This document shows, piece by piece, positions 11,096-22,225 of a stretch of 32,310 nt of DNA (the stretch's first letter is position 1; each line of letters begins with the position of its first letter). Source of the stretch: Octopus bimaculoides. Its lineage: Eukaryota. Location: contig NC_069001.1 in NCBI RefSeq assembly GCF_001194135.2, positions 37,342,189 to 37,374,498 of the forward strand, written 5' to 3'. A program made the position numbers and the translations under genes. A model generated the notes under the pieces. It saw nothing but the letters and a program-made list of their open reading frames with translations. It was not told the origin of the DNA and made no database searches.

Positions 11096-12790
11096 CATAC
11101 ACATAAGCCTCAAGGACACTGTATTCTTTTATGTTGGTTTGATCATTGACAAGTTAAATGTTTTTCTACATTACATGACAACATTAAATACCCCCCCCAT
11201 CCATATCACATATGGGTCCTCTCTCTCTCTTGCTTCCTTCTACTGCAGCTCTCTAGTTATTCTAAACTGTACAGCTGTTGTGTAACACCAAGTTAGGTTC
11301 TAGTGCAAGTGACCTGGGCCTAAAGACATTTCATCTATAGCCATCCAGTTTTTGTTTTACACATCCCTTTTTTAATTTTTACTTTTTAAATGACACAAAG
11401 TAATCTGAGGGAGATTTGGATGCTGTTTCTAACAGATGAGATGGCCATGTATAAGTTGCCTTCTTTAATATGCATTATTTGTTGATGCATGTGGTGCAGT
11501 TGTTTGGGGGAAAAGTCGTGCACTATAGTGCAATCATTGCATGGTTCAGTTATTGCAAGGCTTGCTCTTAGAGCGCAAATGGATAAAAGAGGAAATTAGA
11601 GACAAAAAGAGAATAAGAGTTGTGTGTGAAATGAAGTAATTTATTAAGTTTCATGTGAAAATAAAGATAATCCTTGTACACTTAAGAAATGCACACAGTA
11701 ACTTCATTATTATATTTTCTATGATGCTATCCACTAACAACCATAAAAAAATATATTTCATTGATTTTATTTAAAATATTCACTTGTAAATTTAGCACAA
11801 GGCCATGCTAGAAGCACAGTGCCTCAATACTGTGACGTACTTCGACAGTTCATAAACACGCATTTCTTCTTCTTCTTTTCATTTAAGCACATGGCTTAGC
11901 ACGCGGTTATAATGTAAGCACTTGTCTGCTCATGGCTCACCTATATATGTATGTACAGACACTTAACTTTGAGATGATAATTCAGGCATGTAGTCGCCAA
12001 GGCCACTGTTTCTTTTATGTTCATTCAGGTTAATGACAAGTTAATGTTTTTGTACATTACCGGACAGCATTAAATAGCTCCCACCTGTAATGGGTGTATT
12101 GTTCTTAACTACACAAGCACAGGTGTGGCTGTGTAACCACATAGTTTTCGGTTAAGTCATTGCATGGAATCTTATGTATGGTGTGTATCTTCTACAATAG
12201 ACCCAGATTGATGAAAGCCTCATGAGTAGCTTTTGTAGATACAAACTGAAAGAAGCCTTGTGTGTGTGTGTGTGTGTGTTACTGTATCCTTGCCTTAATA
12301 TCAAGTGTTAATGTTTGTGTTTTGTGTTGTTGGCTTTTAACATGACTGACTAGGTTTTAGTGCTCCGTTTAATGATCAAGGAGTATTATTTGTGAGTTGT
12401 AAGTGCTGAATATAATGAGCTAAATTGTCCCCCCCCCCCACTCATGTTAACAAACGCTTGACATCACACTATTAAACACCTCTAGCACAGCTTCCTCCTC
12501 ACCCACCTCCGTCTCTCAAGTTCCAAAGCTAAGTTGTTGTTTGTTCAGCTGAGTGGACCAGAGCATTGATTGAGTAGGTCTATGATCAAAAACAATGTTA
12601 TCATAACCGTTCTGTATTTGCATCCAGTGTGTCCTTCCGTTCTTTTTATGATGATTGAGTGTTATTTAAGGGAGATTTAACTAATGTTTTTAACCGCTCA
12701 AGCAACCACATGGAAGCTCTCTCATTGTCTTGGTAAAAACACCTTCATTAGCTTGCAATTAATTTAAATCAAATGTAACAAAATAGTGAA

Positions 12791-13050
12791 AGACACATAG
12801 CCCAGTGATTAGAGTATTGCTCTCACAACTGTAAGATCATGGTTTCAATTCCTGGATCAGGCAGTGCATTGTGTTCTTGAACAAAACACTTCATTTCACA
12901 TTGCTCAGGTCCACTCAGCTGTAAATGAATTCCAGCAATAGTTGGGAAATTAACCCTATGATGGACCAGCATCCCATCCAGGGGTGATGGTATTATAATC
13001 TTTGTCACTTATATGCCATGCAAACTGGATTAAGTTCCAGCCTTTTGAGT
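12791..13050 (+). mobile_element. tRNA-derived SINE family C with CORE-like central domain
   Basis: A-box-like TAGCCCAGTGATTAG, B-box-like GGTTTCAATTCC, then GTGTTCTTGAACAAAACACTT..CCACTCAGCTGTAAATG and CCCTATGATGGACCAGCATCCCATCCAGGGG. Confidence 0.65.
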
Positions 13051-13257
13051 TTTAGGGCTCCTGAAAGACCTATGCTAAGAATTAGGAGCTATATTTTTTT
13101 AACCCTTTTGTTATGATATTGCTGTCAAAATAAACCTCCATTGTGTCAAGTAATTTTGAAAATAGTGAAGAAGTTAGGAAAACAACTCTGTCTATATTCA
13201 GCTGCTATTTTGATTATAAATTAGCTTGAAATTTTGATGACATGTTTTAATTTAGAA

Positions 13258-13475
13258 CCAGTACCGCCTGACTGGCCTTCATGCGGGTGACAGGTAAAAG
13301 CACCCACTACACTCTCTGAGTGGTTGGCGTTAGGAAAGGCATCCAGCTGTAGAAATTCTGCCAAATCAGATTGGAGCCTGGTGTTGCCATCCGGTTTCAC
13401 CAGTCCTCAGTCAAATCGTCCAACCCATGCTAGCATGGAAAGCAGACGTTAAACGATGATGATGATGATGATGAT
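13258..13475 (+). mobile_element. RTE-LINE 3' tail, sense orientation, (GAT)7 end
   Basis: GGTTGGCGTTAGGAAAGGCATCCAGCTGTAGAAA..CCAACCCATGCTAGCATGGAAAGCAGACGTTAAACGATGATGAT. Confidence 0.88.
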
Positions 13476-14409
13476 AAGCAGGAAATTTGTGTGGTCTCAG
13501 TTGGGTTGGTATCAAAAGGGTTAACTTCTGTTTGCTTTGGGAAGTTACACAACCTGAGGTGTTTATTCAGAAACTAAAAACAAAATTGTATTATGGTAGA
13601 GTCACATTGTTCAGTTAGCCACACTTCACATTGATTTTTGAGTCCTATAGCTGTCACACATCTCAACGGAGCTAATAAAATATACACCCACACATACATC
13701 TTCTAACACCATGGAAACTTACACACTAACATCATGAAATTATATACACATGCATACACCATGAAATTTATATACACACACATGCACATACAAACACCAT
13801 GGAAACACACACACACACACCTACGCATGTGTGTGTGTGTATGATTATACAAACTGGAGAAAATGTGCAGATCAAGAGTTTGTTTGAAATTGATGAGTCA
13901 CTTTGTCACCAGCTGGTGTCTTTTTTTGTTTGATTCTTTTCAAATGACACATGCTGGTGTGTGTGTGTATATAAATAAATAGGGATACACATTCTATATA
14001 AACGGTACAAACACTGATGTATGAGTCATATGTGTGTGTATGTATGTATGCATATATATATACATATATACATATATATATATATNNNNNNNNNNNNNNN
14101 NNNNNNNNNNNNNNNNNNNNNNNNNNNNNNNNNNNNNNNNNNNNNNNNNNNNNNNNNNNNNNNNNNNNNNNNNNNNNNNNNNNNNNNNNNNNNNNNNNNN
14201 NNNNNNNNNNNNNNNNNNNNNNNNNNNNNNNNNNNNNNNNNNNNNNNNNNNNNNNNNNNNNNNNNNNNNNNNNNNNNNNNNNNNNNNNNNNNNNNNNNNN
14301 NNNNNNNNNNNNNNNNNNNNNNNNNNNNNNNNNNNNNNNNNNNNNNNNNNNNNNNNNNNNNNNNNNNNNNNNNNNNNNNNNNNNNNNNNNNNNNNNNNNN
14401 NNNNNNNNN

Positions 14410-14446
<37 letters not shown>

Positions 14447-14580
14447 GTATATATATATATACACACACACGTACATGTATAGATGTACATGTATGTATTC
14501 ATATATGTGTACATAAGTATATGCACACTCATACATACAAAGCCAGAAAGTCACACAAAGTGAAATATATATATATATAT

Positions 14581-14947
14581 TCTTTTATTTGTTTAAGTCA
14601 CTTGACTGCAGCCATACTGGAGCACCACCTTTAGTTGAACAAATCGACCCCAAGACTTATTCTCTGTAAGCCTAGTGCTTATTCTATCGGTTTCTTGTGC
14701 TGAACCGCTAAGTTACGGGGATGCAAGCTCACTGACATTAGTTGTCAAGTGATGGTGAGAGGACAAACACAGACACACAAATACGTGCAGATATATGTAT
14801 GTATTTCTGTCTACCAAATCCACTCACAAGGCTTTGGTCAGCCCAAGGTTGTAGGTTAAGTCACTTGCATAAAGTGCAATGCAGTGGGACTGAACCTGGA
14901 ACCATGTGGTTGGGAAGCAAGCTTCTTGCCACACAGCCACCCCTGTG
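14581..14947 (-). mobile_element. SINE family A copy, left arm of an inverted pair
   Basis: Full-length family A body with the head pointing right. Confidence 0.9.
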
Positions 14948-14957
14948 TCCTACAACA

Positions 14958-15009
<52 letters not shown>

Positions 15010-15010
15010 G

Positions 15011-15166
15011 GCACAGGCGTGGCTGTGTAGTAAGAAGCTTGCTTCCCAACCACATGGTTCCAGGTTCAGTCCCACTGCATTACACTTTATGCAAGTGACT
15101 TAACCTACAGCCTTGGGCTGACCAAAGCCTTGTGAATGGATTAGGTAGATAGAAACTGAAAGATGC

Positions 15167-15227
<61 letters not shown>

Positions 15228-15420
15228 TATATGTATGTATATATATATATGTATGTATATATATAATGTATATGTCTCTATGTGGCTGTGTTTGTCCACT
15301 CATCACTGCTTGACATGCAGTGTTGGTGTGCTCACATCCCCACAACTTAATGGTTCAGCAAAAGAGACTGACAGAATAAGTACTAGGTTTAAAAAGGGTT
15401 TTAGTCTATTTGTTTGACTA
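15011..15420 (+). mobile_element. SINE family A copy, right arm of an inverted pair, with internal (TA)n expansion
   Basis: tRNA-like head GGCGTGGCTGTGTAGTAAGAAGC..GGTTCCAGGTTCAGTCCCACTGC followed by CORE-like GCAAGTGACTTAACC. Confidence 0.9.
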
Positions 15421-15423
15421 TAT

Positions 15424-15605
15424 ATCATCATCATCATTTAACGTCCGCTTTCCATGCTAGCATGGGTTGGACGATTTGACTGAGGACTGGTGAAACCCGA
15501 TGGCTACACCAGGCTCCAATCTGATTTGGCAGAGTTTCTACAGCTGGATGCCCTTCCTAACGCCAACCACTCCGAGAGTGTAATGGGTGCTTTTACGTGG
15601 CACCC
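15424..15605 (-). mobile_element. RTE-LINE 3' tail
   Basis: Near-identical to the tails at 10147 and 18641. Confidence 0.88.
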
Positions 15606-15610
15606 CAGCA

Positions 15611-15730
15611 TGGGCCTCTGCACTCAACACTCACTTTGGGCTCCTGCACTCAATGCCAGGCTCACTTTGGACCTCTGCACTCATCATGGGGTTCGCTTTG
15701 TACATCCGCACTCAATGCTGGGCTTGTTTG
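15611..15730. repeat. About four diverged ~30-bp tandem units with core CTGCACTCAA
   Basis: Repeated ..TTTGG..CTGCACTCA(A/T)..; CCGCACTCAA in the last unit. Confidence 0.6.
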
Positions 15731-16314
15731 GGATGTCTTCTCTGGTCATGGAAAGATCAATCTTTTGTTTTAAGTTGACCTACTTCAGTTGCTAAAATAT
15801 CTAGAGGTTGGTCAGCCTTTTTTTTATCTATTTATTTAAGTTTTTCCGTCCCTACCTTTGATCAACAAGCATTCCAATACTGAATGGAGAAGAGCAGGAA
15901 ACCCACTTCTTATGACAACACACAGTGTTATTGTCCTTTCTCCCCTTCTATCAGCAAACAATCAAGCCAGCTCCTACATGCAAAGAATCCATGTGACCAG
16001 CAAGGTTTTCACTCCCAAAAACTAATAACATGTATACACAAAGAAATGACTCCACAACATTTTAAAAAAAAGTTTATATTGTAATGATATTATAATCCAC
16101 TAAATAAATGGCCATCTTCATAATTGGTCTTCATTCTTGTTAAGTTCAATCTCTTAGTCTTATTCTTAAACTCTTAATCTTCTATTGTAATTATATTCAC
16201 ATATGAGCATATTTGACTGGTTCTTTATGAATAAATATGAAAGGTAAATTTGACATTGGTAGGAATTGATCTGAAAATGTAAAAGGCTGTAACTCAACAC
16301 AACAGCTATTTGTT

Positions 16315-16392
16315 CTACCATCAATTAGTTCTTCTAATCCCTACCATCAATTAGTTCTGCTAATCCCTACCATCAATTAGTTCTGCTAATCC
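16315..16392. repeat. 3 x 26-bp tandem repeat CTACCATCAATTAGTTCTGCTAATCC
   Basis: Three adjacent copies with one substitution in the first. Confidence 0.95.
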
Positions 16393-16611
16393 CACCCTCA
16401 TTTTTAAAAGTTGCTTTGATGTTGTCTGGTGGTGTTTCAATAAACATTCCTGACCTAAATACTTCTTTAGTCAATTAGTTACTTAAATGCTTGAAGTCAG
16501 ATCATGTCATTAATTTACTGTAAATTTCCACTTCTCTGATTTAGCTATCTAAGGCTAGAATTAATTAACTTTCATTTTATATATATATATATATTTTTTT
16601 CCCCTTCCCAG

Positions 16612-16720
16612 GCTACAGGTCCACACCCTCAACACCAATACTGTTAGGATTGGCACTCTCAACGTCGGCACGCTGAAAGGTAGATCTGGTGAGATTGTTG
16701 AGATGCTTGAATGGAGGTGG
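16612..16720 (+). mobile_element. 5' fragment of an RTE-type LINE (AP-endonuclease N-terminus)
   Basis: Translates to VRIGTLNVGTLKGRSGEIVEMLE, the typical (T/S)LNV start of APE domains. Confidence 0.75.
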
Positions 16721-16879
16721 TCCTTATCTTTCAGGAGGATTTAAAAATGACCAGTGAACTTCATTTTAAAATCAGTAGAACACGCCTCTTACTTATAAGT
16801 TGATAGCTCACACAAGATTCTCAACCCATATTGTTTCTGGGGTAGAATACATTGAGCGATGGGGGATAACATAATGGGC

Positions 16880-17290
16880 TATCAGCAACCCTATCTGATG
16901 TGCCTACTGCTTTGCCTGTTTGCCTATCCTTAGTGGCTAGTTTGATCATACAACAGCCCACTTCAATAGCAGTTCCCTCAATTGGATGTACTAGGGGTAG
17001 TTCCTCTTCCTCCAACACATTTTCCCCACCCAGCAGACTCTCAAAATAGCATTTCTAAGCCACTTTCTCCTTGTTTGTGACAATAAATGCATTACCATCA
17101 TTTTGAACCCACTTTTCTCCACCAACATTTGAATTTATCCTAACACACTGTCTCTCAATCCAGAATGCTTCGTATCTATGATTGTCTCATCATAAACATT
17201 GGCAATCCTCTTGCTATGTGTCTCTTGACTGTTGTTCTTTGATGTCCTCTCCCCACCTTCCTGTCTTTTAGCTTTTATGAACCAAAAAAA
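16880..17290 (-). mobile_element. Old RTE-like LINE fragment, linker upstream of RT
   Basis: Minus strand gives KEKVA*KCYFESLL..ENVLEEEELPLVHPIEGTAIEV..IKLATKDRQTGKAVGTS, resembling RTE W..HFE.LLN..PIEGP..KAIK.MK.GKA.GPS. Confidence 0.55.
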
Positions 17291-17628
17291 AAAAACATTG
17301 GATGCCTTTCGTGAAGGCACAACTCCATTTGATGGATAAAAACAAACTGATGAATCGTGAGTTGCCATAGCAATACTAAAGATTAAGTGTGATCAAAAAA
17401 TTATTGTTGTTGTTGTTTAGTCCTAAATGTGCTCCGCTAGAACAAACCTACGCTTATGACTGTGACCATCCTGTGCTACAAGGAGGATGGAAATTCTCAC
17501 ATCATTCAGGATGTCCTATTTTAAAACAACAGGATGTTATTTATGGGTGATTTGGCTGCCTTTCCTAGCAAATGAAGAGACCATTCATTTAAATTTTCAA
17601 TTAACCAATCTTTTCTCCTTCTTTGCAG

Positions 17629-17711
17629 AACTTTCAAAAAGCAGTGACCAAGGATACACATTTTGTTGCAGCTTATGTGCAGATGGCTGCAATTTACTTG
17701 GAATATAACAT
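17629..17711 (+). CDS. NCF2: Coding exon 2 (83 nt): NFQKAVTKDTHFVAAYVQMAAIYLEYN(I)
   Basis: Acceptor TTTTCTCCTTCTTTGCAG, donor AT|GTAAGT. Aligns without gaps to p67phox [28 protein letters not shown]. Confidence 0.92.
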
Positions 17712-18640
17712 GTAAGTGCATGGTTTCTAGGATTCATTTTTAATTGTCTCCCTCAGATATTCCTACATAAGGATGGGGGTATCTGAGGTAGCTATGTATC
17801 TTCCCTATACCAAGACACTTCTGCTTATCCCTGGCATAAAACAACTTCTTCACCCTCTCAAATACTCCTCTCACTTAAAAGGAATTCTTTCCTGTTGTTT
17901 ATGTTTATGTATTTCCGTCTACCAAATCCACTCACAAGGCTTTGGTCGGCCTGAGGCTATAGCAGAAGACACTTGCTCAAAGTGCCATGCAGTGGGACTG
18001 AACCCGGAACCATGGCTGTGGGGCTAAGCAGAGAAGTTTGTTTTTCAGTTATGTGCATTTGGGTTCAATCCTATTGCATGCCACCTTGCGCCAGAGTTTC
18101 TCACTATAACCTCAAGCTGACTAAAGTCTTGTGAGTGGAATTTATATAGAAGAAACTGGAGATCTGGGAGATTTTGTCCTCTACCACCCTGTTTAACACC
18201 CCCACTATCGCCACTACCACCTGGCCTTCCAAATATTTAACAGGGTGTTCTATATATCAATATAAATGTTACATTGATGCAACAATAATAATGAGTCTTC
18301 GAAGACTTGTCAAAATTTAACATCTGTTTTCCATGCTGGCTTGGATTGGACGGTTTGACTGGAGCTGGTGAAGCTATATCAAGTTTCATTGTCTGTTGTG
18401 GCATGGTTTCTACAACTGGATGCCCTTCCTAATGACAACCACTCCATAGAGTGTACTGGGTGCTTTTTATGTCGTACCATCACTGGTATCAATTCTGCTG
18501 TGGTGGATAGTTCTGGAGTACAGCAGTGCACCAGATATTTTGTTCCTTAGTCATCTCCTTCATAAGGCTCAGTGTCTTGAGATTGGCCTTGTTATATATA
18601 TTGTACAAAATGACAGAAAATGAAAAATATATTCTGGTGT

Positions 18641-19519
18641 ATCATCATCATCATCATCATCATCGTTTAACGTCCGCTTTCCATGCTAGCATGGGTTGGA
18701 CGATTTGATTGAGGACTGGTGAAACCGGATGGCAACATCGGGCTCCAATCTAATTTGGCAGAGTTTCTACAGCTGGATGCCCTTCGTAACGCCAACCACT
18801 CAGAGAGTGTAGTGGGTGCTTTTACGTGTCACCCGCACGAAAACGGCCATGCTCGAAATGGTGTCTTTTATGTGCCACCCGCACAAGAGCCAGTCCAGGG
18901 GCACTGGCAACGATCTCGCTCGAAAACCCTACAAAGGCCAGTCAGGCGGTACTGGCAATGGTCAAGCTCAAAATGGTACNNNNNNNNNNNNNNNNNNNNN
19001 NNNNNNNNNNNNNNNNNNNNNNNNNNNNNNNNNNNNNNNNNNNNNNNNNNNNNNNNNNNNNNNNNNNNNNNNNNNNNNNNNNNNNNNNNNNNNNNNNNNN
19101 NNNNNNNNNNNNNNNNNNNNNNNNNNNNNNNNNNNNNNNNNNNNNNNNNNNNNNNNNNNNNNNNNNNNNNNNNNNNNNNNNNNNNNNNNNNNNNNNNNNN
19201 NNNNNNNNNNNNNNNTAGTCATCGCCTCGGTGAGGCCCAATGTACGAAGGTCTTGCCTCACCACCTCAGCCCAGGTCTTCCTGGGCCTACCTCTTCCACG
19301 GGTTCCCTCAACTGTTAGGGTGTGGCACTTTTTCACGCAGCTATCCTCATTCATTCTCACCACATGTCCAAACCAGCGCAATCGTGTCTCTTGCACACCA
19401 CAACTGATGCTTCTTATGTTCAGCTTTTCTCTCAAGATACTTACACTCTGACGGGTATGCACATTGACATTACACATCCAGCGGAGCATACTGGCTTCAT
19501 TCCTTGCGAGCTTACGCAT
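18641..19519 (-). mobile_element. 5'-truncated RTE-LINE spanning an N-gap, with an open RT C-terminal frame
   Basis: ORF track 18968-19519 contains RLRWFGHVVRMNEDSCVKK..GTRGRGRPRKTWAEVVRQDL, the RTE C-terminal signature. 3' UTR and (GAT)n tail lie at 18641-18979. Confidence 0.93.
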
Positions 19520-19789
19520 GAATATTTATGAATATTTCTGTATATATATTCATATGTAAGAATATATAGATATAAATAAGTAGATAGATAGTAATTACAC
19601 CTGCCACAAAAAAAAAAAAATTGTTTTTTTTTAACTTTGTTCAAGGTGTGTCTGTGCAGTAAGAAGTTTGTTCCCCAACCACATGGTTCCAGGTTCAGTT
19701 CCACTACGTGGAACTTTGGGCAGGTGTCTTCTACTATAACCTTGAGCTGACCAAAGAAGCCTGTCGTTTGTGTGTAGCATACAAGAGAA

Positions 19790-20288
19790 AAAACAGCACT
19801 GATATGGCCATGTAATGCATATGAATGAAGACAGATACATCAAGAAGTACCAAACTCTAATTGTAGAGGGAACATGTGGAAGAGGTAGTCTCAGGAAGAC
19901 ATGAGACGAAGTGGTGAGAAAGGATCTTCAGATGTTGGGACTCATAGAGGGGATGACAGGAGACCAAGGCTTCTGGCAGTTTGCTGTGCTTGAAAAGACA
20001 CGTCAGGCTAAGTAAAATCCTGATTGTTCTGGCATACAGGCTGTGTCCTTTTCCAGCTGAGTATTCTTAACCTTGCAAGTTCATGGTGCCACGTGAAAAG
20101 CACCTGTAACCAGTGCCAGGTAAATGCACCAGTGTTATAAAGTGGTTGGCATTAGGAAGGGTATCCAGCAGTAGAAACCATAGAAACCAAAACAGACAGG
20201 GAACCTGGGCAGCTCTTCAGCTGACCAGCTCCTGTCAAACTGTCCAACCCATGCCAGCATGGAAAACAAATGTTAAAATGATGATGAT
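19790..20288 (+). mobile_element. Diverged RTE-LINE 3' fragment, sense orientation
   Basis: Translates to YGHVMHMNEDRYIKKYQTLIVEGTCGRGSLRKT*DEVVRKDLQMLGL..EKTRQAK*, then the tail motif and ATGATGAT. Confidence 0.88.
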
Positions 20289-20473
20289 ATATATATATTA
20301 TGCATGTCTTTGTGTCGGTGTTTGTCCCCCACCACTGCTTCACAACTAGTATTGGCATGTTCACAACCCTGTAAATTAGCAGTTCAGCAAAAGAAACTGA
20401 TGGAGTAAGTACCAGGCTTAAAAAAAAAATAAATACTGTGGTTGATTCATTTGACTAAAATTCTTCTTTTCAG

Positions 20474-20582
20474 TTGTGATGCTGCAATCAAGTGTTACGA
20501 AGTAGCTATACATTTGATGGGTAACAAGAAATATATCAACTACCGACCTCTGGGATTGAACCTGATTTTATATTTGACAGAG
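20474..20582 (+). CDS. NCF2: Coding exon 3 (109 nt): CDAAIKCYEVAIHLMGNKKYINYRPLGLNLILYLTE
   Basis: Acceptor TTCTTCTTTTCAG, donor GAG|GTAAAT, phase 2 to 0. Aligns to [36 protein letters not shown]. Confidence 0.92.
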
Positions 20583-20640
20583 GTAAATATATGTAATTCC
20601 TATTGATACCACTTGCTTCTCTCTGCCTTCAACCCCACCC

Positions 20641-20772
20641 ACTAGTGTAGCTGGGTGGGGGGGGGGGCGTCCCCCCCAGGTGGCACTTTTAGGTCTGCTG
20701 TGTTTTTTGTGGGGTCCTGGGGTGGCAAAAGGAAGGGCCGCCCCAGGTAGCACACATTCTAGCTATGCTAGC
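20641..20772. mobile_element. Possible ~132-bp MITE with degenerate 14-bp TIRs and G-rich interior
   Basis: ACTAGTGTAGCTGG versus the reverse complement of CTAGCTATGCTAGC matches 10/14, all mismatches transitions. GC-rich island in an AT-rich intron. No clear TSD. Confidence 0.4.
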
Positions 20773-21960
20773 GACCCCTACCCCACCTATTTTTAGACCA
20801 TTTGTAATTTTTCTCTTATTAATTCCTACCTGAGTATTTATACTTGAAAATGTTTTGTGTGTTGCTACTTTGCGCTAAATGAAACCCGATCAAACAAACC
20901 AATGATCTATGTATGATCTAAGACTTTCCACTTGTGACCACCAGGCAGACTTTACCGAGGCAGATTTTCTACAGCTTGCTGAACATATAGATAAATGGAT
21001 GATGCTTCATGCTGGCCTGGGTTGAACACTTTGGCAGGATCTCAATGGTCCAAGGACTGAATCCTGCTCCAGTGTCTGCTTTAGAATGGTTTCTATGGCT
21101 GGATGCCCTTCCCAACTCTATCCACTTTACAGAGAGAACTGGGTACTTCTTTCCAAGACACCAGCACTTGTGAGGTTACTGTGAAGCTCATGAGATTAAG
21201 GAGTTCCTTCAGCTAAGTGGAGCCACAATCGAAAGGAAGGTGGCTTTATGGTCAGAGATGAGATTAAAATATGAGAGAAGGGTCCAGAACAGCATATGTG
21301 GGGGGAGGGGGGCGTTTGTGTGTAACCTTTACACATCACAGGATGTTTGTAAAGGAGCATCATCCCCGTACAAGCAAGGTTATTTGCTTCTAGTCTTCTA
21401 TGGAAAATGTGTCTTAGCTAAGGGGAAATATTGCCTTGCCAGGAAACAAGGGTTGGTGACAGGAAGGGCGTCCTTCCTCAACAGATTCTGTCTGACTTGT
21501 GCAAGTATAGGAAAGTGAACGTAAAAAAGACGATTGGGCTGATATTTCTTTCTATTTATTTTGTCATTTAGAACAGTTTTTTTGCTTTCTTCTAAAATGT
21601 TTAGCATTTTCAAGTTTATGGTTTTTCTTTCAAATCTTAATCTTTTTATGTATTTCCTTTTAAGTTCATTGTCATGAGAAAAAGATATTTTATATGCATC
21701 CTAGTTGTATTTTATGTCTTGCCAGGTGTGAAAATTTGAGAATAAGGATTTTCTTTCTATTTAAAATTGCAGAGTTCACCTTGTTTTATACGTCCTGTGT
21801 AAAATAATGAAATAAAAGAGTATAGAAAGATTACATTTAGTATTATTCCTTTCTCTCTTTGTTCATACACCCACACATATCTCTCTGTATGTGCTGATCT
21901 GAAGCTGAACCAAAAGGCAGGAGGTATTAGTTATTGTAGTCCTACTTACTCTGTCGTCAT

Positions 21961-22225
21961 CATGATCATCATTTAACGTCCGCTTTCCGTGCTGGCATGG
22001 GTTGGATGGTTTGACAGGGGCTGGCTTGGCAGAAGACTGCACCAGGCTTCAGTGTCTGTTTTGGCAGGGTTTTTACGACTCGATGCCCTTCCTAACACCA
22101 ATTACCCCACAGAGTGGACGCAGTGCTTTTTAACTGGCACTAGCACAGGCGAGGTCAGTTTTGGCATGGGTTTTTACAGCTGGATGCCCTTCCAAATGCC
22201 AGTGTGGACTGGATGTTTTTTACGC
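21961..22225 (-). mobile_element. RTE-LINE 3' tail with duplicated GATGCCCTTCC core
   Basis: Tail motif present, with the core repeated near 22082 and 22182. Further weaker tails lie at about 18315-18480, 21000-21170 and 24596-24722. Confidence 0.8.

Noticed and set aside
13872-14634. Six long ORFs of 153-205 aa
   Set aside because: They consist of N-gap and (TA)n/(CA)n translations.
15011-15085. tRNA gene
   Set aside because: Only A/B-box-like motifs are present and the sequence continues into a SINE body. No convincing cloverleaf.
16597-16690. Cassette exon from the RTE endonuclease fragment (strong TTTTCCCCTTCCCAG acceptor)
   Set aside because: The phase-0 reading hits TAG after 11 codons, and exons 1-2 already join as in p67phox. 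At most a poison exon, with no evidence here.
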